From: an uncultured Actinomycetes bacterium
Lineage (GTDB): Bacteria > Actinomycetota > Thermoleophilia > Gaiellales > JALYLC01
Assembly: GCA_963713435.1 (NCBI GenBank)
Contig: CAVQLU010000007.1
Location: 601,960 to 665,959 of the forward strand
DNA length: 64,000 bases
Direction of reading: 5' to 3'
Part shown: piece after piece, positions 10,692-21,063 of the stretch
Position numbering within the stretch: the first letter of the stretch is position 1
Layout of the letters: every line of letters starts with the position of its first letter
Program-made: the position numbers and the translations under genes
The notes under the pieces: model-generated
Seen by the model: the letters and a program-made list of their open reading frames with translations, nothing else
Database searches by the model: none
What the model was told of the DNA's origin: nothing

Positions 10692-12055
10692 TCAGGAGGG
10701 GTCGATGTTGTGGTTGTGGTGGAAGACGTTTTCCGGGTCGTAGCGGCGTTTGGCGGCCAGGAGGCGTTCGTAGTTCGGGCCGTAGGCTGCCTTGACGGCG
10801 TTCGAGTCCTGGTCGTCGCCGAGGTAGTTCAGCCAGCGCCGCTCGCGAGGTGGGGTCGCAGGGCTGCGTGCGCCTCTTGCGTCCACCTGATGTTCTCGTC
10901 GGTCGCGGCCGGATCCATCCAGACGGACGGGATCAGGAAGTTCCAGCCCTCCTCGCGGTGCGGCACGGCCGTTGCGCTCACGGGGATGCGCGTGACCGCT
11001 CCGTGGAAGTGCTCCAGCAGCATCACCGTCATCGGGGAGGGCACCGTCGCGAAGTGCTCGGCCATGGCGTCGATCAGCCCGTCCGTCAGGCCGCTCGTGA
11101 AGCTCGAGAGCCAGTAGTTGAGCGCTCCCTTCGGATAGCCGGCGTCGAGCAGCGTGTTCATCACCGGGTAGGGCATCGGGCCGACCTGCACCGCCGCCGG
11201 CGAGCCCCAGCCCACGAACGGCGCCAGATCGCGCTCCGCCTGCTCGGGTGTGCCCGTGTGGAAGACGACCATCGCGGCCAGCTTCATCCCCGAGCCGTCC
11301 GGCGCGTGAACCAGCCCGGCGAAGACGGTCAGGTCGTCCGAGGCGCCGGCGACTGCGTCGCGGTAGAAGCGGAGCATCTCGGGCCCGCGCGTCGATCGGA
11401 TGGGCGATCAGGCCGCCGGTGACCATGCCCACGGGCTGCAGGCGGTAGGTGAAGGTCGTCACCACGCCGAAATTGCCGCCCCCGCCGCAGAGTGCCCAGA
11501 ACAGATCGGGATCGGAAGCCTCGGTGACGTCGCGCACCTCGCCCTCCGCGTCGACGAGCTCGAAGGCCAGCAGGTTGTCGGCGGCCAGGCCGTACTTGGC
11601 CATCAGCCAGCCGAGACCCCCGCCGAGCGTCAGCCCGGCGATGCCGGTCGTCGAGATCGCGCCACCGGTGACCGCCATGCCGTGCGCGGCGGTCGCATCG
11701 TTGAGCTCGCCCCAGCTGAGACCGCCCTCCGCTCGCACCGTGCGGGCCGACGGCATCGACCTCGATGCCCTTCATCTCGGCCAGGTCGATCATCGACGCC
11801 GCCCTCGGCGACGGCGCGCCCGGCCACGTTGTGGCCGCCGCCGCGGACGGAGATGTCGAGCCCGGCGGCCCGCGCGAAGCGCACGCCGGCCGACACGTCG
11901 GCAGCGTTCCTGCAGCGGATGATCACCGCGGGCGAGCGGTCGACGAGGCCGTTGTGCACGCGGCGCGCGTCGTCGAATGCGTCGTCCCCGGGGCGCAACA
12001 CGCGCCCGGACACCTGGCCGGCCAGGTCGTCGAGGAGTGCGGGGTCAGGAGACAT
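10692..12055 (-). pseudogene. FAD-linked oxidase with BBE-like C-terminus, with about four frame switches.
   Basis: VRGGGHNVAG (FAD_binding_4), GIAGLTLGGGLGWL and NYERLLAAKRRYDPENVFHHNHNI (BBE tail). The pieces lie in ORFs 11630..12055, 11329..11793, 10692..11756 and 10829..11377. Confidence 0.8.
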
Positions 12056-12167
12056 GGCGGACGTACCTCCGACTCTGCCGCGCCGTTATCGACACGGCGG
12101 CTGCGAGTCTAAGGCGTGCGCGCAGGAGGCGCGCGAGGGTCGGGAGCGCGACGAGCGACGTCGCGGC

Positions 12168-13771
12168 TCAGCCGAGGCGGACGTCGAGCAGGAGCGGCTC
12201 CGAGCGCGAGCGCAGCCCCGGCAGCACCTCGCCGAGCGTCGCCAGAAGCTCGTCGTGCGTGACGATGCGGCGCGACGGGCAGCCCATGCCCGCCGCCACG
12301 GTCGAGAGGTCGAGCGACTCGAAACCCGGCCAGGCGCCGGGAGCGCCGTGCGCACTCGCGAGCTGATCCATGACGGCGTAGCGCCCGTTGCCCATGATCA
12401 CGAAGACCACGCCGACGCCGTAGCGCGCCGCGCTCCAGAGCGCCTGGATCGAGTACGTCGACGAGCCGTCGCCGAGCAGCGCGAGCACGGGCCGATCGGG
12501 CAGCGCCATGCGCAGGCCGATCGAGGCCGGCGAGGCCGAAGCCGAGGGCGCCGTTGGCGACCGCGACGAAGCCGAGCGGCGCGCGCGTCGCGATGCGGGC
12601 GAGGATCTCGGGCCGGGCAGACGGCGCCTCCTCGACGAGGATCGCGTCCTCGGGCAGGCCCGCCGCGAGCGCGGCGATGACGTGTTCCGTGCGCAGCGGC
12701 TCGCCGGCCCCGGGCGGCGCCGGTGCGAGCGGGCCGCTCGAGCGCCGGGACCGCTCCGCTGCGCTGCGGCAGACTCGGCCGCGAGCGCCGAGCAGACCGT
12801 CGCCGGCGCCGCCAGCAGCGCGAGGTCGCACTGGCTCCGCAACACGTCGTCCGGGTCGTCGCCCACGACGGCGACGCGCGTCGTCGCCTCGACCAGCGAG
12901 GCCCGGGTCGTACATGGTAGAGCCGGAAGGCGGGCGTGCCGATGGCGAGCACGAGGTCGTGGCCCGCGAACAGCGCGCGCAGTTCGCTCCGCCGCCACGG
13001 CAGGTGCCCGGCGAACAGCCGGTGGTTCTCCGGGAAGCCGTGGCGACTCGAGAACGTGTCCTGCCAGACCGGGCACTCGAGGCGCTCGGCCAGCGCCACG
13101 ACCGCCGCCCAGCCCTCGGGCGTATCGGCGCCGGCGCCGACGACGAGCGCCGGGGACGACGAGGCGCGCGAACAGCGCGGCGAGCTCCGCCACCGCCGAG
13201 TCGTCCACCGCGGAGGAGGTCAGCAGGCGCGCAGGCGCCGCCGGGCCGGCCCACTCGTCGCCGAGCGGCTCCTCCCAGTCCCCCATGGGGACGACGACGA
13301 GCGCCGGGCCGCGGCGCACGGTCGCCTCGTGCCAGGCGCGGGCGATGGCGCCGGGCACCTCGGAGGCGTGCGCGGGCAGCGTCGACCAGACCGGATAGTC
13401 GCCGGCCAGGCGCTCCAGGTTGCGCCCCGTGAGGAACGGGCCCGAGCGCGAGCTGGCGGCGATCCTGCTGACCGACGACGATCACGAGCGGCACCCGGTT
13501 GTCGCGCGCGCAGACGATCGCGTTGACGGCATTGCCGAGCCCGGCGGCGGTGTGCAGGTTGACGAAGGCCGGCCGCCCCGTGCCGAGCGCGTAGCCGCTG
13601 GCCATGCCGACGACGGCGCCCTCGTGCAGACCCGAGCACGAACTCGAGGTCGTCGGGGAAGTCGGTCAGGAACGGGATCTCGGTCGATCCCGGATTGCCG
13701 AACACGCGCGTCATGCCGAGCCGGCGCATGAGCGCGAACGTCTCGTCCCGGACCGTGGAAGGCGAGCTCAT
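12168..13771 (-). pseudogene. Thiamine-diphosphate enzyme, benzoylformate decarboxylase-like, with about six frame switches.
   Basis: It is collinear with MdlC-type proteins. Matching blocks are VFGNPGSTEIPFL, AFVNLHTAAGLGNA, and the TPP motif LLGDGSSTYSIQALWSAARYGVGVVFVIMGNGRY. Confidence 0.8.
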
Positions 13772-13819
13772 GCCCGCCGTTGTAGCAACGGCCACGCCGC
13801 TGGGCGCCGCCTGCCGTGC

Positions 13820-14415
13820 CTATGCACCCTGCAGCCAGCCGGCTCCGCGCGCGTACAGGGCCTCGACCTCCGGCCCTTCGAGACCCGGCATGTCCGGCTT
13901 GACGTCGTAGCCGACCTGCGTCTGGAGATAGGCGAGATGCCGGTAGCCCTCGGGAAAGCGCGCGAGCAGCGCGGGATCGAGCGCCACCCGGGCGCGAGGG
14001 ATCGACCGGGTCGAGCCGGTCCTTCTCGTAGATCGGCTGTCGCAGCACGAGGCCCCAGCGGCCGTCCCGCCGCTCGAAGAAGTCGTAGAAGCGACCGGTG
14101 CAGACGACGTCGCAGAGGGCGCCGTGCACGTCGGCGCGCTGCGAGATCGTCATCTTGGTCTGGCTCACCGCGCGCTCGCCCGACACGTCGATCGAGCTGC
14201 CGCCGAGGAAGTGCAGGATGCGCACGCCGCGCGCCCAGCCCTGCTGGTTGGCCTCGATGAAGCCGTCGGCGCTGCCCTGGAACCACGTGGCCATCATGCG
14301 GCCGTCGTCGTGCCAGACGGTGCGCAGCCGCTCCCAGTCGCCGCGCGTCGCGCCAGAGCGCCCAGGACTCGACGAGCTCGCGGATCTCGCTGCGGGACTC
14401 GGAGTCGCCTGCCAT
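13820..14415 (-). pseudogene. SnoaL-like / NTF2-fold protein with two frame switches.
   Basis: MAGDSESRSEIRELVESWALWRDA, then GDWERLRTVWHDDGRMMATWFQG...GRFYDFFERRDGRWGL, then the tail ...GYDVKPDMPGLEG... ending at TAG 13820. Confidence 0.6.
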
Positions 14416-14635
14416 GGACGCGAGCCTAACCGCCCAGGTATCCGGCCTGGCGAACACGAGTGCCCGCCAGGCCCGGAGAACCATTCGTACGCGCTGTGCC
14501 TAGGTGTTCGTCGCCTTGCGACGACTGGCCAGCCAGCGGTCGAGCGTCTCACGAAGTCGCGCGAACATTCGCGCCCCCTTTGGGTAGGCCTCGAGTCTAT
14601 GTCCATACCGGCCGCGCCGCGGACCGGCGGGAGAC

Positions 14636-14855
14636 TCAGTCCGTGCGGTACGCGTAGCCGCGCGAGGTCAGCTCGTGGCAGCGCACGGCGGGGCAGTCCG
14701 CCGCCCGCCGGCTTCTCGCAGAGCTTGACGAACATGAAGCCATCCGCGCCCAGGCGATCCCAGACGGGGTCATCGGCGAGCGGCGTCGGCATGCGCCGCT
14801 GCAGCCCGCGAAGCGCGGCGAGCTCGGCCGGCGTCAGTCCGTCGGGGTTCACCAC
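14636..14855 (-). CDS. Small Cys-containing hypothetical protein of about 73 aa. It needs one frame switch near 14700.
   Basis: VNPDGLTPAELAALRGLQRRMPTPLADDPVWDRLGADGFMFVKLCEKPAGG, then ADCPAVRCHELTSRGYAYRTD*. No family was recognised. Confidence 0.3.
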
Positions 14856-14936
14856 GCAGCCAGCCTACGCCGATCTCAGCCCCGGCCTGCGCCTCCCGCC
14901 CTCCCGGACCGGCCGTCCAGTAGCATCGCGCACCAC

Positions 14937-15860
14937 ATGGCGAACGTCGTACGAGGCGACCAGCCCACCACTCCCGACGAGCTCACCGCAGCCGCGGCCG
15001 CGAGCTTCGACGGCGTGCAGCGACGAGCGGCTGCGCACGATCATGCAGGCCTTCGTGCGCCACCTGCACGCGTTCGCGAGCGAGGTCGGGCTGACGCAGG
15101 AGGAGTGGATGACGGCGATCGGCATCCTCACCGCGACGGGTCACATCACCGACGAGCGGCGCCAGGAGTTCATCCTCTGGTCGGACACGCTCGGGCTCTC
15201 GATGCTCGTCGACGCGCTCGCGCACCCGGCGCCCGCGCCGGCCGACCGAGTCGACGGTGCTCGGGCCGTTCTACGTACCCGGGTCGGCGCTGCGCGAATA
15301 CGGCGAGAACATCGCCGGCGAGCCCGCAGGCGAGCCCGCCTGGGTGCACGGGCGCGTGCTCGACCTCGACGGGCGGCCGATCGCCGATGCCGAGCTCGAC
15401 GTCTGGCAGAACGGCGTCGACCAGCTGTACGCGGTGCAGCGGCCCGAGGCGCCCGAGGATCACCTCCGCGGCCGCTTCCGCACGCGCCCCGACGGCAGCT
15501 TCGCGTTCCTCGCGGTGCGCCCGGTTCCGTACACGATTCCCGACGACGGCCCGGTGGGCTCGATGCTCGCCGCGACCGGCCGTCACCCCTGGCGCCCCGC
15601 GCACATCCACGTGATCGTGCGCGCGCCCGGCTATCGCACCGTCGCGACGCACATCTTCGACTCCGCCAGCGCCTACCTCGACTCGGACGCGGTGTTCGCG
15701 GTCAAGCAGTCGCTCCTGCGCGAGTTCGTCGCGCTTCCGCCAGACGATCCCGCCCGGCCCGAGGGCATCGAGGGCGATCTGCTGGACCGTCGAGACCGAC
15801 TTCGTCATCGTGCCCGACAGCCAGGCCGGCGAGCCCGTCGACCCGGGACGCACCGCATGA
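14937..15860 (+). pseudogene. Intradiol ring-cleavage dioxygenase (hydroxyquinol/catechol 1,2-dioxygenase type) with three frame switches.
   Basis: The N-terminal helical domain reads RLRTIMQAFVRHLHAFASEVGLTQEEW. The catalytic blocks read LGPFYVPGS and GRHPWRPAHIHVIV. The pieces lie in ORFs 14937.., 14098.. and 15257... Confidence 0.8.
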
Positions 15861-15881
15861 ATCCAACCCGGAGGTAGCGCC

Positions 15882-17419
15882 ATGACGCCTGCGCGTCCAA
15901 TCAACCGCGACGAGTACTTGGACAGCCTGCGGGACGGTCGCGAGGTCTGGATCCACGGCGAGAGGGTCGACGACGTGACGGCGCATCCGGCCTTCCGGAA
16001 CAGCGCGCGCAGCGTCGCCCGGCTCTACGACGCCCTGCACGATCCGGCGCACAAGGACGTGCTCACGGTCGAGACCGACACGGGCAACGGCGGCTTCACG
16101 CACCCCTTCTTCCGGGCGCCGACCTCGGCCGAGGATCTCGTGCGCGGGCGCGACGCGATCGCCGCCTGGCAGCGCCATGACATACGGCTGGATGGGCCGG
16201 ACGCCCCGACTACAAGGCGGCCTTCCTCGCCACCTACGGGCCGAACGCCGACTACTACGCGCCGTACCACGAGAACGCCGCCCGCTGGTACCGCGAGGCC
16301 CAGGAGCGCGTGCTCTTCATGAACCACACGCTCGTGAATCCGCCCGTCGACCGCAACAAGGACATCCACGAGGTCGACGACGTCTTCATCCACGCCGTCA
16401 AGGAGACGGACGAGGGCGTCGTCGTGCGCGGCGCCAAGATGGTCGCCACGGGCTCGGCCATCTCGAACTACAACTTCGTCTCCTACCACGGCGCCCTGCC
16501 GATCAAGAAGAGCGAGTACGCGCTCTCGTTCTTCGCGCCGATGAACCTCAAGGGCACGAAGCTGATCTGCCGCCCGTCCTACGAGTACATGGCGGCGACG
16601 ATCGGGAGCCCGTTCGACTACCCGCTCTCGAGCCGCTTCGACGAGAACGACGCGGTGCTCGTGTTCGAGGACGCGCTGATCCCGTGGGAGAACTTCCTGA
16701 TCTACGGGAACCTCGAGATCGCCAGCACCTACCACCTGACCGGCTTCATCTGGCGGGCGCTGCTGCAGGGCTGCACGCGGCTCGCGGTCAAGCTCGACTT
16801 CCTGGCCGGCCTCTTCATCAAGATGGTCGAGGCCACGGGAACGCTCGAGTTCCGCGGCATCCAGGCCTCCGTCGGCGAGATCCTCGCGTGGCGCAACATG
16901 TTCTGGTCGCTCACGGACGCGATGTGCCACAACCCCGTGCCGTCGGCCAACGGCTCGGTGCTGCCGAACATCGAGGCCGCCTCCGCCTATCGCGTGCTCT
17001 CCAACCAGGCCTATCCGGCGATCAAGGCGATCATCGAGAACCAGACCGGCGGCGCGCTGATCGCGCACCCGTCGAGCTCGCTCGACTGGAAGGACGAGGA
17101 GCTCCGTCCGCTGCTCGACCAGTTCTACCGCGGCTCGGCCGGATACTCCGCGGTCGACAAGATCAAGCTCGTCAAGCTGCTCTGGGACGCGATCGGCAGC
17201 GAGTTCGGCGGCCGGCACGAGCTGTACGAGCGCTCGTACTCGGGCAGCCACGAGCTGACCAAGCTCGAGTGCTACCTGATGGCCAACGGCGACGGCACGG
17301 TCGACCGGCTCAAGGGCTTCGCCGAGCAGTGCATGCAGGAGTACGACCTCGACGGCTGGACGGTGCCGGACATGATCGGCAACGACGACGTCCGCATCAT
17401 CGGCAAGCGCAAGGGGTAG
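15882..17419 (+). pseudogene. HpaB-family (4-hydroxyphenylacetate 3-monooxygenase-like) flavin-dependent aromatic monooxygenase, oxygenase component. Two frame switches lie at 16175-16205.
   Basis: GGAGGT lies 7 nt upstream of the ATG. MTPARPINRDEYLDSLRDGREVWIHGERV... and the 369-aa ORF 16310..17419 show typical HpaB N- and C-domain sequence. Confidence 0.85.
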
Positions 17420-20098
17420 CGCTCGTTCCGCGCTTCAGCGCGGCACCGCGAACCAGGCCTTCGCGCACGGCCACGGCCGCTGCTTCGCCGCGCGTGCGCG
17501 CCTCGAGCTTGCGCAGGAGCGCCGAGACGTGGTGGTCGACCGTCCGCCGCGAGACCACGAGGCGCTCGGCGATCTCGGCGTTCCGCTTGCCTTCCGCCAG
17601 GAGCGCGAGCACCTCGAGCTCGCGCGCGGTGAGATGCGCGGGGTTCTGCCGCGCGGCGCTGTTCGGCCCGCGCGGAACGTGCCGGACGCCGCGCTCGCGC
17701 AGCCGTGCGTGACGGCCGCGGCGGCCGCGCGGGCCCCGATGCGCTGCAGCTCCACCACCCCGCGCCGCGCTGCGTCGTCATCGTCGGCGTGCGCACAGCG
17801 CGAGCGCCGCCTCGTAGGGGCAGCTCGGCCTCGCTCCAGAGCTGCGCGGCGCGCTCCCAGTCGCCGGCGAACGCGCGCCGCATCGGCGCCGACCGCGCCC
17901 GGGACGTCATCTGCAGGCCGGCGCGGCGGCGCCAGCGGGCGAGCGCGCCGGCCTCGCGCCAGGCACTGACGCGCGACGGCGCGCTCGAACGGCGCGCCGG
18001 TCAGGCCGGCGATCAGTTCGGGCTGCCCCTGCAGCCAGGCCGACTCGGCGCGCGCCACGGCCACCATGTCCGTCACATGCACGAGCTCCTGCTGCGCGGC
18101 GCGGTCGGCGGCGCGCTCCAGCAGCTCGTTCGGCCCCTCGTTGCCCTGCCTCGCATCTGCCAGGGCGGCGACGACGAGCGCGTTCAGCGAGGGGATGACC
18201 GACGGGCCCGGATCGTGCAGGACGATCGCGGCGGCATTGCTCGCCTCGCCCCAGCGAGCGCGATCGAGCGCGCCGGGCGCCGGCCGCATACAGGTAGCGG
18301 GCGTAGATCTCGAGGTCGCGCTCGCCGCAGAACGCGAGGCCGGCCTGCGACGTAGGCGATCGACGTGGCGGAATGCGCATGGTGCCGCAGTCGCGACATG
18401 GGCCGCGCGCACCCAGATCGAGCACGCCTCCGCGTCGTAGCCCGCCTGCCAGCGCGGATCCGAGCACCTCCTCGAGCGGGCGCCGGCCTTCCTCGCTGGC
18501 GTCCCGGTAGGCGCGCTGCGACGCGACCTCGAGACGAGCCCGTAGCTGCATCTGCGCTGGTCGCCGAGCTGCTCGGCCAGCAGCCCCGGCGCGCGTCGCC
18601 AAGCGCGATGGCGTCGTCGGTGTGCTCCGCGACGATGGCGAGGTTCAGGTAGGCGAGCGCGGCCTCGCGTCCCGGCGCGAGACCCTCGAGCGCCTCCAGC
18701 GCATCGAGGCTCGCGCGCTTCGACGCCGCGAGCCGCCCTGGGCACCAGATCAGTCTCGGCGAGCGCACACAGCGCAGCTGCCTCGCGGCGACGATCGCCG
18801 AGTGCCCGGTAGCACTCGAGCGCGCGCTCCTGGGCGGCCACGGCGTCGTCGATCCGGTTCGTGAGATAGCACTCCTGGGCGTGCAGCTCGAGCAGCGCGG
18901 CCAGCTCGGCCGGCGGCAAGCCGCCCGCGAACCGCAGGGCGCGCTCGTACTGGGCGGCGGCCTCGCGGTGCGACCCCTGCGCCGCGGCGCGGGCCGCGGC
19001 CGCCGTGGCGTACTCGAGTGCCGCCGCGGCATCGCCCGCCGCGTCCGCGTGATGCGCGAGCTGCGCCAGGTCCGAGGGCGCGCCTTCCGGCGGGGCGCGC
19101 AGCGCTTCGAGCACGTGCCGGTGCAGGACAGCGCGCCGGTGCGGCCCGATCGACTGCTCGACCGCGAGGCGCGCCAGCTCGTGGCGGAACGACACCGTGC
19201 GGCCCTCGCCCTGCAGCATGCCGGCCTCCAGGCACGCGTCCACCTGCTCGACGCCGTCCCCCAGAACCTCATCCAGCAGCCAGATCTCCGCGCGGGGCGG
19301 CACGACCGCCACCGCTTCGAGTGCAGCCTGAGCAGAGGCGCCGAGCCGGCTCATGCGGCCGAGCACCGCGTCGCGAACCGTCGGCGGGACATCCGTGCCG
19401 CCTCCGGCGAGCACCTCGGTGACGAAGAACGGATTGCCGCAGGTCTTGACGTAGAGCTCCTCGGCATCCAACCCGTGCGAGCCCGCCAGCTGCTGCACGG
19501 CGGCGCGCGACAGCGGAGGCAGGCGCAGCTGCGTCACACCCGGCGCGGTGCCGAGCTCGCCGACCGCGAGGCGCACCGGGTGCGTGGCCGCGAGCTCGCT
19601 GTCCCGGTAGGTCACGACGACCAGCGCGCCCAGCGTCTCGGCGCGCCGGGCGAGCAGCCGCATGACATCGAGCGTCGCCTCATCGGCCCAGTGGAGATCC
19701 TCGATCACGGCGATCGTCGGTGAAGACTCCCGAAGCTCATCGACCAGGGCGACGAAGACCGCGTGCGGCTTCTCGCTCGCGCAGGCCGCGGCCAGCACAT
19801 CGCCTCGCGCCATCGCCGCGATGTCGGTCAGCGGGCCCAGGGGCCGTGGCGTCTGGAGCGCATCGCAGGCGCCCCAGAGCACGCGTGCGCTCGCATGGTG
19901 CGCGTCGCAGAAGTGCCGCACCAGAGTGCTCTTGCCGATTCCGGCCTCGCCCGAGACCAGCACGAGGCGACCGCCGCCGTCCTCCACGGCGGCCAGGGCG
20001 GCGTCCAGGGCCTCGGCGAACTCGGCGCGCTCGAGCAGGGCCGATCCGGCCTCGGCGCGCTCTCGCGCCTGAGCGGCGACGTGCCTCATGACCGGCAT
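17397..20098 (-). pseudogene. LAL-type (large ATP-binding LuxR family) transcriptional regulator with eight or more frame switches.
   Basis: Walker A VSGEAGIGKST and IEDLHWADEATLD, TPR-like repeats, and a C-terminal LuxR HTH LTARELEVLALLAEGKRNAEIAERLVVSRRTVDHHVSALLRKL (ORF 17397..17612). Confidence 0.8.
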
Positions 20099-20125
20099 CG
20101 TGCGCCGCTCGGCGAGCGAAATCAA

Positions 20126-20180
20126 GCCCCGCCTCGTGCGCGGGGCGATGGCCGCGAGCGGGGCGCCGGGCGCCCCGCTC
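20126..20180 (-). terminator. Two GC hairpins directly downstream of the 20194 stop.
   Basis: GCCCCGC-7nt-GCGGGGC lies at 20126-20146. A perfect 11-bp stem GAGCGGGGCGC-cgg-GCGCCCCGCTC lies at 20156-20180. There is no U-tract. Confidence 0.5.
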
Positions 20181-20193
20181 GCGTGAGTCGCAC

Positions 20194-20824
20194 TCAGTTG
20201 AACGCGTGCACGAGCGGATTCATGCTCGCGTACATGCCGGCCGGGTTCGGGTACCAGATCCAGACGTGCATGGTCACGAGCGCCGGATGCCAGAAGTTGA
20301 ACGCCGCACCCGACTGCGGGCTGGTCGTCGGGCAGGTGTCCTGGCTGGCCTCGGGAACGAACGTGCCGTCCTTGTAGTGGCAGGCCGCCGGGAAGGCGCC
20401 GTACGTCGCGCCCTTGAGCGGGGGCGTCGCCGGCTTCTTCGGGAAGACCCACTCGAGCGCGCCGAGCTGCCACTTCCCCCCGTGCTTCTCGTACACGAGG
20501 ATCGGCGGCTTGCTGACGTCGAAGCCCTTGACCGCCGGATTGATGAAGTGGTAGCCCATGCCGGCGATCTGCTGGGTGAGGATGCCGTACCCCGCCGCCT
20601 TGGCCGCGCCGAGGTCGTTGGAGTACTTGGCCGTGGCCAGGCGGGCGCGCGCGAGCTGCGCCGCCGGCAGGTCGGGGGCGGCCGCGTGACCGGCCATCGG
20701 CATGTCCATGCCCGCGGGCCATGCTCGCGCCCTGATGATGCTGGGTGCTCTTGACGGCCGCTCCCGCGACCGCCGCCCCCGTGAGGATCACGGCCATCGC
20801 CGCGATCATTCCGATGATTCGCAT
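20194..20824 (-). pseudogene. Secreted protein of unknown function with a His/Met-rich N-terminal motif, and one frame switch near 20712.
   Basis: AAGGAG lies upstream of the ATG at 20824. The signal peptide is MRIIGMIAAMAVILTGAAVAGAA. It is followed by HHQGASMA..MDMPMAGH and then the 171-aa ORF 20194..20709. Confidence 0.6.
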
Positions 20825-21005
20825 TGCTGCTCCTTCGCGTATGTGACAGAAGGAGGGTCGGGAAGCACAAGGGGCGCCGGGCCGGCACAGCCGGGCCTGC
20901 GTCCCTCGGGCCAGCCCCCTCCGGCGGGCCCGGCCCCGTCCCTCGGCGGCCACTGCGGCCACCGCAGTCAGAGTGCGCCGCAGCAGGGTGCCGCGTAACG
21001 GCAGC

Positions 21006-21039
21006 ACTACCTATCTCACACGCCGGCGACTACCTATCT
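21006..21039 (+). promoter_or_regulatory. Direct repeat ACTACCTATCT x2 (23-bp period), 25-58 bp upstream of the decarboxylase start.
   Basis: Exact 11-mers lie at 21006-21016 and 21029-21039. They sit in the most AT-rich stretch of the 20824-21064 intergenic region. Confidence 0.4.
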
Positions 21040-21063
21040 TTGCGCGTGTAGGCTTGCCGCCTC

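Noticed and set aside
14500-14568. A 22-codon minus-strand ORF (MFARLRETLDRWLASRRKATNT) with a strong AAAGGGGG SD-like sequence.
   Set aside because: It is too short to evaluate and its conservation cannot be checked here. It lies in a region already affected by indels.
1-20824. Programmed ribosomal frameshifting or recoding as an explanation for the frame switches.
   Set aside because: There are far too many sites, in unrelated genes, in both directions. I saw no common slippery sequence or downstream structure.
17435-21007. A 1190-aa minus-strand ORF.
   Set aside because: It fuses the N-terminal signal peptide of the 20194-20824 secreted protein, an intergenic region and parts of the LAL regulator. 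Large stretches are Arg/Ala-rich off-frame sequence.
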